Source of the DNA: Camelus ferus
Lineage: Eukaryota
Direction: 5' to 3'
DNA length: 64,000 bases
Assembly (NCBI RefSeq): GCF_009834535.1
Contig: NC_045713.1
Coordinates: forward strand, 21,700,001 to 21,764,000
In this document: positions 35,548-47,474 of the stretch, piece after piece
Position numbering within the stretch: position 1 is the stretch's first letter
Layout of the letters: each line of letters starts with the position of its first letter
Program-made: the position numbers and the translations under genes
The notes under the pieces: generated by a model
Seen by the model: only the letters and a program-made list of their open reading frames with translations
The model's database searches: none
Told to the model about the DNA's origin: nothing

Positions 35548-38500
35548 CTACAGCAGGTCCCTGATGTACAGGCTGCGACGCACGGCATTGGAGACACCCT
35601 CCTTGAAGCGGAACCAGACGTCGCTCCTGCCCACCGCAGTGCCCATGCGCCGTTCAGCTGTGTCGGTCTCAGGAGCTGCATCCTCTGTGGGGGCCACAGA
35701 GCTGTTCCTACACCTGACTCTGACCCCACCCCTGCACCATCCCCACCGCCCCCTACACACCTGTGCTTGGGGCTGCTGCTCTCCTGACAACCACACGGCC
35801 AAAGAAGTCCCTCTCAGGCTGAAAGAGACAGGCTGGTCAGGCTCATGGAGACTGACCCACAGCAGACAGTCCCCTACCCCAGGGGCCATTGGAGAGAAGG
35901 AGGGCCCAGAGGCCATCTCCCAGTGAGGAGGGGTCTTGCGGAACCTCTGGGCAATGACCCCTCTCCCCTCACTCCAGCGCTGACCTTAGCAAATGTTCCC
36001 TCCACCCTTCAATAAGGTCAGGTCTGGGGTAGGAAGTGCCAGCACCCTGCCCAGATGGGACGCTGAGCCCAGGTAAAACCATCACGCTGATCAGCAGGGA
36101 GCCAGACCTGCAGGGCTTAGAATCAGCCCACCTCAAGGTCACCGGCTCCAGCCCAGCAGGCTCCACCTTCTAGCCACCTAGCCCCGCACCCACTGTCTCC
36201 CACCCCTACATCCACCCCACACCTGCTCCTCCAGAGTGGCTTTCTTCATGATGCACTCCAGCTGCTGCTTGTGGCTATATGGGGCAGGTGGCTGCGCCCC
36301 TTTCTCCCCAGTGCTCCCCAGCGGACCCTCGGCCCCCAGGGCATCTCCGTCCACCTGCAAGAAGTTGAGTATAGTGAGAGATGACTGAGCAGGACCACAC
36401 CAGGGACAGTGTCCACTCTGAGAGCCTTGCTCTGCCTAGGTGGGCTCACCTGGGGGCTGTCCCTAGCCCGAGCCAAGACCTCCACCCGCCGCATCTTCTC
36501 CACTTCAACCTCGCGGGCAATGAGCTGCTTGGCCTGGTAGGTGAGGGGCTTGCGGGCAGGAAGCTCAAGAAAGCGGCAGACCTCTTCCACATTCCTGTGC
36601 TCAGGGTGAGCAGGGCAGGGCAGGACACCAAGGCACCCAGTCAGCAGGGACAGGGACAGGAGCTACTCACCACAATGACCCCAACTGCCGGAACGCAACA
36701 GCTGCAGTATGGAGTCCAATCCTGGCACTGCCGTGCCCTAGCCTCATGGCAGCAGCAGGGATTATCTAACGTGAGCTTTGGTTTCCCTAGCCGTATATGG
36801 GGATGAAGAGGGCTAAACAGGGATGGTGTGACAAACTTGGCAGGGCCTGAGGCTGAGGACTTGGGAACCACCATCATCGCTGCCTCCAGGATCTGCATCC
36901 AGGACACCACTGGTGCCAGCCCTCCATCCCCATGACCGTCTCAGGACAGAGAATTGGAGCCCTGGGGAACTCAAGGGCCCTCTAGGGGCAGCCCCTGGGG
37001 GGCACTAAGGCAGAGAGAGACCCTGCAGTAAACCTTAGATCCCAGGGCTGTGCCCCACCTGGGGGCCCCCACCCCACAGTCACATATGGGTAAGGGCTGA
37101 GTTAGAACTGACTCCCCACCCTCCAACAGGGAAATTGAGACTCACACATCTCACCAAGGCCACACTTTCAGACTCCTGCCAAGCGATAGCCAAGGCACCT
37201 AGCACCCAGCCCCCACAGCCTCCCTGCCCCCAGGCACTCCCACCCCAGGCACTGCACAGACTCACGGCTCCAGCCTGTAGACATACTGCCCATCAGGTGT
37301 GCGCTCCTGGCGGTAGGTCAGGCTGTAAGCAAGCATGGTGCCTACAAGGCTGGCCAGTTGCTGCTTCTCTCGGGCGCTGTACAGCTGCGTACTCACCTGT
37401 GGGGCAGTGGGCAGCGGGCATGGGTGCTAAGCATGGCCAGGGGCCTGCCCCCACCAGAAGCCACACCCTCTTCTGGGCGAGGAACTCACGGGGCGCAGCT
37501 TGGGTGCGAGGATGTCCAGAAGCAGGCAGAGGGTGTCCAGGACGAGGGCCTGGGGTGCTGCCCGGCTGCGGGTGGCTGGTGTGATGCCTGACACTAGTGT
37601 CTGAATCAGGTTCTGTGTCCGGCTCATGCGATTCTGGGCCTGGGGTGGAGGGTGAATCAGGACTGGATCACTCAAGACCCCTAGGCTGGACCCTGGGCAT
37701 GGGCATGGGCAGGGCGCAGGGCGCACCTCCTGCTGGCTGCTGGGGAAGGCGATCCTCGGCACACGGCTGGAGGCGAAGAGCAGATGAAAGGCTGGGGGCA
37801 GGAAAGGCAGGTAGCGCAGCAGCTGGAAGCTCTGGCTGTGGTGGGCAGCCTGGCCCAGCAGGTCATCAAAGGCCAGCCAGTCGAGGGCTGCACACACAGC
37901 GCCCAGGCTGGAGTCCCGCAGCCGTAGCCGCAGGAAATTGTCGAACAGGCCCTGTGGGCAACAGGCCAGTTCCTGAACCCCTACAGTCCCACACCCCCTC
38001 CCCCCAGTACAAGCACCACCCAGCAGGACCCCTCATCTCCCACCTGCCTGTGAGGCCAAGGAGCTCAGGCACAACTGCAAATACCAGTGAATGGCCCGGG
38101 GCCCTGAGGGAGGCCAGGAAGGCCCATCCTGGTGCCTCGACTCTGGTTTGACCAAAACCCCAAGACATGTGAGAAAGAAACCCCCAGCCCCTCCCTAAAG
38201 AAAGTTCTGTCCACCACAATTGAGAGCATGGAGTTCCCACTCATTCCTCGTGGGAGTCCCTCCTCTCCCGCCACCATGCTGCCCTCCACAGAGTGGATTT
38301 CCGGATTTGCAAGGATCCCCAGCTGCTAATCCAAAGCTGCTTAGTTAGGGAGGCAGCTTATACCAGGCTTCCCAGCGGGTGGGGGGCATCTGCCACCTGC
38401 TCTCCACACCACACACACCCTCATCCACGTTCCTGCAGCTCACATCCAGAATCCCCACCCCATCCCTAGCCACTGCTGCCACCTTTAGATAATTCCCAGA

Positions 38501-41500
38501 GAGCAGCCAGAGTGACCCCGTTAGACGACGCCCACACCAACCTTCCCTCTCCTAGCATGGGTCAGTCCTTCCTCCTGGCCCCCTATCCCTGCTCATCACT
38601 CCTCTAAGAAGTCTCCCAAAGCCCTGTGCCTGCTCCCCTCCCTCCTGTCCCACCTGTTTCTCCTCGGGCTGAGCCCTGTCTGGAGACAAAGAACACTGCC
38701 AGATGCTGGTCTCCTGTCCTATCCCCCTACAAAGGTTTGAGGTGGAGCACAGTTACCTGGACCACCTTCTCGTGCTCCCCTGCAGAGGCGGCCATGTGCA
38801 GAATGTGGTAGAACCGCTGCGAGGCCAGGGTCATGGGTGCCTCAGCAGCGAGGGGCTCCGAGCCTGCGTGCCCATCACTGAGCAGAAGCACGTGGGTGGG
38901 TAGGGTCGGGTCCTGACCCACGCGGTGCCTACAGAGATGGTGCTGAGGCTGGGGTGGAGCCCCCAACCCATCACCCTGTACCCCAGCCCCACCCACCTAA
39001 TTCCCCCCAGTGGCACTGGCTCCTGTACATTTACCACACCCTGAAATCCCACAGAAGGGGCGATGGGGGAGCTCGAGCCAGAGCAAAGCAGCCCCCAGGG
39101 CCCATGCAGCCTTAGATCCTGTCCACAAAGGCAGAACTGGCTAGCATCCCGGGACCAAGGCACCAGGGACATCCAGACCAAGGCTGGTCTACCTACCTCT
39201 GGGCCCGGGGCAGCTGGAAGACCTCCTGCCACACAGAGAAAAGCCCCTTGCGCTGGTCCTTGAGGCCAATGCGTGTGGTCTGCACAGCCTGAACACTCAG
39301 CTCCCGCTGGCCCCGCCCATGCAGGAACTAGACACAGGGAGTGGGGAGTAAGAGGTGGCTGACACCTGCCCAAGCAGAAATCTAACAAGGGGTCAGGGGC
39401 AGGCGGGGAGAGGAGGGTCACTTGCCTACCTGCAAGGCGTTGATGCAGGCGCGGATGTCATTGTCTGTCTTTTCACAGAGGGCTGCCAGTGCACCTCGGT
39501 CAGCATGCATGCCCTGCTGCAGGGCAATCTGCAGGGAGGTAGGAGGGTGGGTGTCTGCCCCCAGGGCCCCACCCTGTGGCCACCTCCTCTCTAGAAACAA
39601 GTGAACAGCTCTTATTCTACAAGGAGCAAAGGCTGTAGATCTCTATGGAAGGACCTCAGTCACTGCTTGGAACCATCCACCACCCGAGACCACCAGTCTC
39701 CTCCACCCCACGTCCTGGGCCCAGCGGGGGGACTGGGGAGCCTGATGGCAGAGGGGAGGGCAGCCTCCACAGACCTCATGGAGCCGCTGTGTGAGCCTGG
39801 AGGGCAAAGTGGGTGGAAAGTGGAGCAGAAGAGCCTGCTGCTTCAGTTGCCGCAGGGAGGGCGCAAACCTAGGGGGATGATCAGTGTCCAAAGGGTTATC
39901 TGCCTGGCCTGGGCACCAGGGAGCAGGCAACAGCCCAGTAGGTAAAGGATCAGGGGCCAGGTGGGGGCACACCTGCCCAGGGGAGACCCTGCCCCGCCCC
40001 ACTCACTGGTCATTGCAGATGCAGATAATGGGCCTCATCAGGAGCCCCTCCTCTGCCCGGCGCCGCCGCCCCCCACCCATGGGCATGGCTGGGCCCCTTG
40101 GCTCTGCCTCCTGTGGGCCCTTGCGGTCCAGGATGCTCAGGAGAACATTGATGGCAGCCTGAAAGAACATGCAGACAGTGTGGTAAGCCACAGCCCCCAC
40201 AGCCCACCTGCCAGCCCACCCACCACACACCCAGGAGGCCCACCGTGGGGGCCCCGTCGATCTCATCGATGACCAGGCAGTTGGGCTTCCCACCAGTGCC
40301 CAGCACTGATTCCATCTGCGTAGCCGCTTCAATGCGCGTGCGAAAGGCCTCAGGGCTGCGGTCGTCACTGGAACCATAAGGCCAGGAAAAGGCTGTCAGA
40401 ACAGCCATGGCCTCAGCCAGGGTGACGGCCAGTTTCCCTGGAAGGATGATCTCCCAGGGCAGAACCACCATGCCTACACCTCAAGGGTACTACACGAGGC
40501 TACCCCATGACACTGTGGTCAAATTCCAAATCCCAGTGAGCCCTAAGAATGGACAAGTTCCACTGCCCCTGGACCCTGGACCCCAGCTCCACCTTCAATC
40601 CAGGCTTTCAGGGCTGTGTCCCAGACTCGACCAGACATGTCAGGGCAGACAGGAGGCCCAGCCTTTCCCTCCACTCACCTCGCATTCATTTCCACCACGG
40701 AGTACCCAGCGTGCCGTGCAATCACATGGGCCAGAGTGGTCTTGCCCAGCCCTGGGGGCCCACACAGCAGCGCCACCTACAGTCGAGGCAGAAGAAAACG
40801 TGCTGCAACCCCCACCACCTTGAGGACTCTGGGAGCCCCCAGCCCAACTGCCAGGGAGTGAAAATCCTGTCTGTTCCATGAAGCTTGGTGCTGAAAGACG
40901 TCCCCCTGTGCCACCCCAGTCACCAAAGAAGAACAAGCCCCAGCCTGCTCGTGGCATAGAGCAAGAAGTGAGGAGATCTGACAGACATAGCCATTACTGA
41001 CATGACTGACGCCTAGAAGCCACCCACAGTCCCACCGTGATCACTGTGGGGGGATGTTAAGGTCCTTCAAAGAGAGCTGACTTCACCTAAGTCATTAGGA
41101 CAAAGTACTCAAGCCCCAGCTCAACTCCCTTGGGGTGGAGCTGGCTCTCCACACCAAGACCCTGACATAAACCCACAACCAAAAGAGCAGTAAATGGTCC
41201 CCAGAGTCCAGACCCTGGGCTCAGAGGCCTGTGCAGCACAGTCAGGTGTGGCTCACCTTCTGTCGGGGCCGCCGGCTTGGGTCCAGCTCAGCCTCTAGCA
41301 TCTCCTCTAGCACCTGCTCATGGCTCTTCCACTTGCTGGAGGCCGCAGTCTCTTTGCCTCCACGGGCCAACTCCACACTGGGCCTGGGCTTCCGGGCGGG
41401 CCTCTCTCGGCCAAACACCACCAGATCCCACAGCTTTAGCCACTTGAGGAGGCAGCGGTTAGTGAACTGTGGGAAGAGAGGCCTGGCCTGGAGGAGACAC

Positions 41501-43923
41501 CAGCACCAAGAACTCCTCTTGCCTGCCTCTCACATCAACTTGCCCTTACAAGCTCAAAGACACACACAGGGACACTGAGTGACAAGAGAGTGATGCCTGG
41601 TCACACTGCTGGTGAGCAACAGAGTCAGGCTCACACCAAGGCCACCTTCCCCACAGCCCAGGCTTTGACCCCTCCAGGACCCCTGCCCACTATCTCCAAG
41701 AGCATCTCAGCATCAGCTACTGTGAGAAACATAAAACATAAGTGACCAGCAACACTCTGGCCCTGTACTGGCCTCAATTTCCCATCTACAATTCAACAAG
41801 GCTGACCAAAGCCCTCCCCTAAATCCTGACACCTCCGTGGACTGGCAACACAAAGATGTGCTAAACCCTGAGTTTTTTCATTTCAGTAACAAAGAAGCCA
41901 GTCACACTTGAGCAAAAACAAGGTCTCACATCGTCACTGAGCAGCTCCGTGTAGTGCTGGGGAGCGAACTTATCTACCCAGAGGCAATGCTGGGAGGCAT
42001 CTCGGCCGTCAGCCACCTCCTCCTCCGGGGCTCCCAAAGGCTGGGCTTCCTCCTCCTCTGACCTGAGACTGGAGAACATCATACACTGAGCCATTAGGCC
42101 TTAACCACGTGCAGGGACCACACACCCCCCAGAATACAGGCTGGGGATCAGCAGTCCAAAGTCTGGTAAGGACCCGAGGGGTGGAGGGGCCCACCACCGT
42201 GTCACCTGCACAGTGTCTCCGAGAGCCGCTGGGCCTCCTCCAGCAGTCGCTGCCGCCGCTGTACAAACAACAGGGATCAGGATGGCTCTGCCAGTCACCC
42301 CAGAACTACCTCTCCCCTCCCAGCAAACCCCAGCAGACCCCACCTCGCTGTCTACTTTCTCCTTCAGGGAGGCAAAGGACACACCCAGTAGGTCCAGCTG
42401 GCCACCGCCACGCCACCGGATATCAAGGAAAGGGCTCTGCAGGGGAAGGAGGACAGCAGTCAACCCCTCCTCCATTATGAGATTCCCTCAGTCCCCTTCC
42501 TAACAGTGCTCAGAGACCCAGGTAGCATTCCGTAGCATAAGCAGGCCACAAGGAGCCCCCTCTCACCAGGGACCCCAAGGGGAGAAATCACTGGGGTGGG
42601 GCCAGCTCTAAGAGGGAGAAGAGGGAAGGTGAAAGAAGATGGAAGAGGAGAAGAAGGAGGGAGAAAGAAAAGGGGGAGGGGGGAGGAGGATTAGGAGGAA
42701 GAAGAAGGAGGGGGTGGGGGGAGGAGGGAGGCGGCCCTCCCCAGTGGATGACTGGAGGCCAGGTGGACCTCTAGAGGGGTCCTCCTGGGTCAGAGTGGGG
42801 ATATGATGTCCAGGCCCCTACCTGTGGCTACACAGCACCCACCTGCACCCCAGTGCCCAGTGGGTCAGCCCGCAGCACCAGGAAGGCCCGGTCACCACAC
42901 GTAGAGGTCACGTTGACATAGTCCTCCAAGACAGGGGGCCGCCTCAGGACAGGATTGCGGGTGGCTGGTGGGGCCGGACTGAGATCCACATCAGCCCCGG
43001 TGTCCAAAGGCCTGGGAAGGGATGAGGTGATGTGGGGATTCTCACCTCCTGTTACTCTCAGAGGAGGAGGGGCCCAGACTCACTCCCAGCTACCCAGCAC
43101 TCCCACAGGCCCACAGGCCAGGAATCTTGTCTGAGGAATGGGATTTTTCCAAGGCCCCCTGGACACCTGTGCCCCAAGCCACACACCCCTTGCTCCACAG
43201 CTCAGCAGGGACCTCAGGACTCAGTGGGGGGGTGATGTCCCGACTCAGGGAGTCAGGAAGCAGGGGCTCTTCCATCTCGTCGGGCCTGAAATTCAGTCTC
43301 CTGGCAGCCTCCAGCTTGGACCGTTTGACTTTGGGGGCTTGGGAGACATATGGAAGTAAGAAATATTATTCCCCATTCTTGCACCCCACCCCTATGCCCT
43401 GGGGCCCCGCAAACGTACTGGAGGGCAGGGGTCCGTCCCCCTGGATGTCAGCGGGCAGCTGCCTCTTCCTGGCACTGTCCTTGCAATGCCCTGGAGGTCC
43501 AGCTGGAGAGTAGTAAGTGGCAACATTCCCTCTAGCAAGGGCCTCTTCGAACGTCAGGCGAAGCTGGCCCACGGTGGGCCGGGGGCCACTGGAGGATGAC
43601 AGGGGGGCTGTCCCTGCGGAAAGAAGGCGTACACCAGCCGCCCACGGCAGCCTGTCTGCACACAGGCGGCGGCGCTGAAAGGCCCTGCTCCCTCCGACGC
43701 GCCTGCCTAAGGCAGTTGCTACCTCTCGACCTTCGCGCCTCCCCTTCTATGAGCAGCCCTCTTGAACTCCCGGGGGCGCCAGAACCCTTGCCGGGCTACC
43801 GGGGACGAGGCCGCGGCAAGGCCCATGCCCACCTTCCAGCTCGGCCAGCACCTCGAGCTCGGCCGCAAACTGGCTATGGAAGTCGTCCTCGACGCCGCAC
43901 AGCTCCCACTCGTAGTCCTCCAT
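35548..43923 (-). CDS. CHTF18: Chromosome transmission fidelity factor 18 (RFC-like clamp loader subunit), 982 aa, 22 exons
   Basis: Exons: 43833-43923, 43419-43613, 43187-43337, 42843-43011, 42344-42436, 42206-42258, 41930-42068, 41257-41466, 40679-40776, 40244-40367, 40007-40158, 39775-39868, 39430-39528, 39197-39327, 38757-38928, 37727-37951, 37490-37639, 37266-37396, 36450-36594, 36223-36354, 35761-35818, 35548-35684 (2949 nt, all GT-AG and phase-consistent). Walker A GPPGLGKT, Walker [16 protein letters not shown], and C-terminus [17 protein letters not shown]. Confidence 0.97.
42605..42735. repeat. Polypurine low-complexity tract in CHTF18 intron 4
   Basis: About 130 nt of almost pure G/A on the + strand. 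Confidence 0.85.
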
Positions 43924-44400
43924 GGCCGCCTGCTGACCCGCCACGGGCCGCAGGGTCCGAACCTCCCGCGCCGCAGGGTCCGAACCTCCCGCGCCGTGCG
44001 CGCCGCTCCCGCCCCGAGCGACCCGGCGCCGCCAATCAATAGCCGACGTGCCCGGCGGCTCTCTCCATTGGTCAACAGGCGAGGCGGGGCGTGGGCGGGG
44101 CTGCGCGCGCAGGCTGGGCAGGGCCGAGTCCGCGCTCCGGAGCCAAAGCCGCAGGCTCCGGAGCTCTCCATTGGTCAGCACGGCCGCCCGTCCGCTGCAT
44201 GGGCGTGGCGTGTCCGGGGCGTGGGCGGGGCTGCGTGCGCAGGCCGAGCGGGGCTAGGTGCGGCTCAGTGGTCCGAGTGGCGCCTCTGGGGTCGCTGGAC
44301 CACCAGGTGCGGAGTCGCGGGAGCAGGAGCCGGGGCTGGGCCGCTGCATCGGGGACCCGGACGGCGCGGCCCAGCTGCAGGTCGGCCCTGGAATGGGCGG
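43924..44400. promoter_or_regulatory. Bidirectional CpG-island promoter for CHTF18 (-) and RPUSD1 (+); RPUSD1 non-coding exon 1 donor CAG|GTCGGC at 44380/44381
   Basis: Head-to-head genes. CCAAT boxes (CCAATC ~44031; ATTGG ~44067 and ~44170), GC boxes, and NRF1-like TGCGCGCGCA and TGCGTGCGCA. Confidence 0.85.
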
Positions 44401-44940
44401 GGGCTCGGGGAAGGAGTGCAGCCGGGTTCCTCTCGGCAACGCTCTGCCTGTGCCCATCAGACGCGAGAGCGGGGATTTTGTGGAGGGATGGCAGGGCAGG
44501 GGGTGTCTGCGTGAGCGAGAGAGGACCCTGTTCCCCGCCCTGCACCCGACCCCACTCAGAAAAACTCTTATCGTGCGTCCATGGCCTGTCCGGGAAGGGT
44601 CCGTGGGGGCGGGCTGGAGGAGAAGGCTGCTTCTCCCCAGGCCTGGATCTGGGCAGGACTGCCCCATAGCCAGAGCCCAGAGCAACACTAGCTTCTCTGA
44701 CCTTAGCCGGATCCCTCACCCCAGCAGGTAGATAACTTGCTACTTGACTCAGAGATGAGGATGCAAGCACACAGTAGGTCTGCAAGCTTGTCTGCCGCAT
44801 AGGGTTGGTAGCTTCAGAGCGGGGGCCCAGGGGAGCAGGAGTGTCCACACTAGGTGGGCAGGGCCATGGTGTGGGGCTGAACACCCCATGACACACACCC
44901 CACCCGCCCCACGCACTTGCCTCATAATGCAGGTGCCACC

Positions 44941-46704
44941 ATGGAGCCAGGCAGCATGGAGAACCTGTGTGTTGTGTACCGGAGCCATGACTTCCTGGTG
45001 GTGAACAAGCACTGGGACGTGCGCATCGACAGCAAGGCCTGGCGGGAGACGCTGACCCTCCAGAAGCAGCTGAGACACCGCTTCCCAGAGCTGGCAGACC
45101 CTGACACCTGCTACGGGTTCAGGTGTGCGGGAGTTGGGTACAGGTTCCCACAGCACCCTCCATCGGGGGAAGCAGTCACCCCCAGCCCAGCCACCGCTGA
45201 TCCTCTGCCCCATACCAGGTTCTGCCACCAGCTGGACTTCTCCACCAGTGGGGCACTCTGTGTGGCTCTGAACAAGGCAGCCGCAGGCAGTGCTTACAGG
45301 TGCTTCAAGGACCGACGTGTCACCAAGGCTTACCTGGCTCTAGTAAGGCGTGGCTGGTCTCTGGGGCAGGGGTCTCCAACTCTCAGTCCGCTTTGGCAGG
45401 CTCTGGGTGTTGGGTGGGCTCCCCAGAAGTGGCAGGTACCCTGGCAAGCAGCATGTGACCCCTGCTTGGCAGGTGCGGGGGCATGTCCAAGAAAGCCGGA
45501 TGACCGTCAGCTATTCCATCGGCAAGAGCAGCACAGAAGGCCGGACCCACACCATGTGCATTGAGGGCACAGAGGGTACGAAAAGCAGGGGGTGGGGGCT
45601 AGGGGCACATGTTGTCCAGTGAGGACCCTGGGTGGACTGGGGCAACCTGGGCAGGTGACCTAGGCTGGGGTGCACTCGGTCCCAGAGATGGTCCAGCCAA
45701 CTCTGAGCTTGCCTCACTCCCCTCAGGCTGTGAGAACCCAAAACCAAGCCTCACGGAGCTGGTGGTCCTGGAACATGGGCTGTATGCAGGAAAGCCTGTC
45801 TCTAAAGTGCTGCTGCAGCCCCTCACAGGTATGTCCTGCGGTGGGGGCCCAGCAGCTGCCGGGGTCTCTTTGCTGTCTCTGATGTTGTCCTGCTTCTGAT
45901 GGTGTCCTGCCTCAGGCATCTCCGTCAAGAAGGAAGGGAACCTCCCCAGGCTCCCTTAGCATCACTGGCCAAACTGATTCCTCCCCCACGCTCAGCTCCA
46001 CAGCCTGCAGCCTCTTGCCCCACATGGGGTTTTGCTGGTCTATGTGAACCAGGCACTGCTCCAGCCCTGCCTTCACCAGAGGCAACCCCAGAAGTTGCTT
46101 CTGTCTTGAGCTCTGACATCTTTATCTATGGCATGAAACAGAGAGGTCTGCTGTCCCCAGGAGTTGCCTGAGGTTCCAAGGCCACAGTCGAGGACAGTGC
46201 TGGGCATGACGTGAACGGGTAGGGGGTGGGCATGGAGTGGCACCCCCACCTGACCGACCCCCTCTCTTCCCCAAAGGCCGGACGCACCAGTTGCGCGTGC
46301 ACTGCAGTGCCCTTGGCCACCCCATCGTAGGGGACCTCACCTATGGCCAGGCCTCGGGCCAGGAGGACCAGCCTTTCCGCATGATGCTCCACGCCTTCTA
46401 CCTGCGCATCCCCACAGACACTGAGTGCGTGGAGGCCTGCACACCTGACCCCTTCGTGCCTGCCCTTGATGCCTGCTGGAGCCCCTACACCTTGGTGCAG
46501 CCACTGGATGAGCTCGTCCAGGTCCTGCGGGCGGCCCCGGACCCTGACCCCATAGATGGGGGCCTTGGGCCCTGCAGCCCCTCCACACCCCTGCCAGGGC
46601 CAGGCCGGCCCCCACCACCTCCTGCCAAGCCCCCTGAGACAGAGGCACAGCGGGCCTCATGCCTGCAGTGGCTGTCGGAGTGGACTCTGGAGCCAGACAA
46701 CTGA
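44941..46704 (+). CDS. RPUSD1: RNA pseudouridine synthase domain-containing 1 (RluA family), 312 aa; exons 44941-45122, 45219-45342, 45473-45575, 45727-45828, 46277-46704
   Basis: Kozak GCCACCATGG; VVNK motif, catalytic [29 protein letters not shown]; 939 nt, phase-consistent. Confidence 0.97.
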
Positions 46705-47468
46705 GAACACTGTCCTGGGGTGGGGATGGCATACTGGGACCCCAAGGGGCAGGGGCTGTGGGTCAGAGCCCTGGACCAGTCCCTGCAGCGGCCAGGCCTG
46801 AAGAGGGGCTGGCAGGGCCAGCAGAGGAGCCAGGCAGCTGTGATTCCAGAGGATGGAGCCCTTGAGCTGTGGGACCCACACGGCCTCCCTCTTAGCCCCT
46901 CTGGGGAAATCGTGGCTATTGCCCCAGAGCTCCTCCCTGGCTCCAAAGCCTCACCCCCAGGGGCTGACTTGTAGACTGGCTCTGGATCACCCTAGAAGAG
47001 GAAGAGCCAGGACCTGTGCCAGCCTCAAGGTGGGCTCCTCCTGGGCCTGCAGTGCCCCACTCCACATTGCTGTGCTTGGACCCTCTGTGCCCGTCACCCC
47101 AGCCTGGCTGGGTTCTCCACCTGCTGACCGTGACCCTCCCTGCTAGGCAGGTCCTACCTTGTGCCTTCACTTTTGCCAAACTGCTCCATCCGCCCACATC
47201 CGGAGCATCTCCCATGGAAGTGGGCATGAGCCACACCCCCAGCTTCCACCTCGCTTGCCATTCCTCCAGACCCAATGTAAGCGCTGCCCCTGTGGGGTCT
47301 TCCGGGCGCCAGGTCACAGATGCTGACTTCACCACCTGCTTGGCAGTTCCCAGTTAGCCACGGGTCATCAGGCCTCAGCCTGGGAACAAGGGCAGTCACC
47401 CCGAGCTTCCCCTATCCCCCACAACATGCCCACACTGCCCCAGCCACAGCTGGGCTCTAAGGACTCAG

Positions 47469-47474
47469 AATAAA
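47469..47474 (+). terminator. RPUSD1 poly(A) signal
   Basis: AATAAA ~770 nt after the stop, followed by GT/T-rich sequence. Confidence 0.7.

Noticed and set aside
43719-44896. Long overlapping ORFs of 144-274 aa around the bidirectional promoter
   Set aside because: Stop-poor GC-rich CpG island; low-complexity Arg/Gly/Ala/Pro translations apart from the true CHTF18 exon 1.
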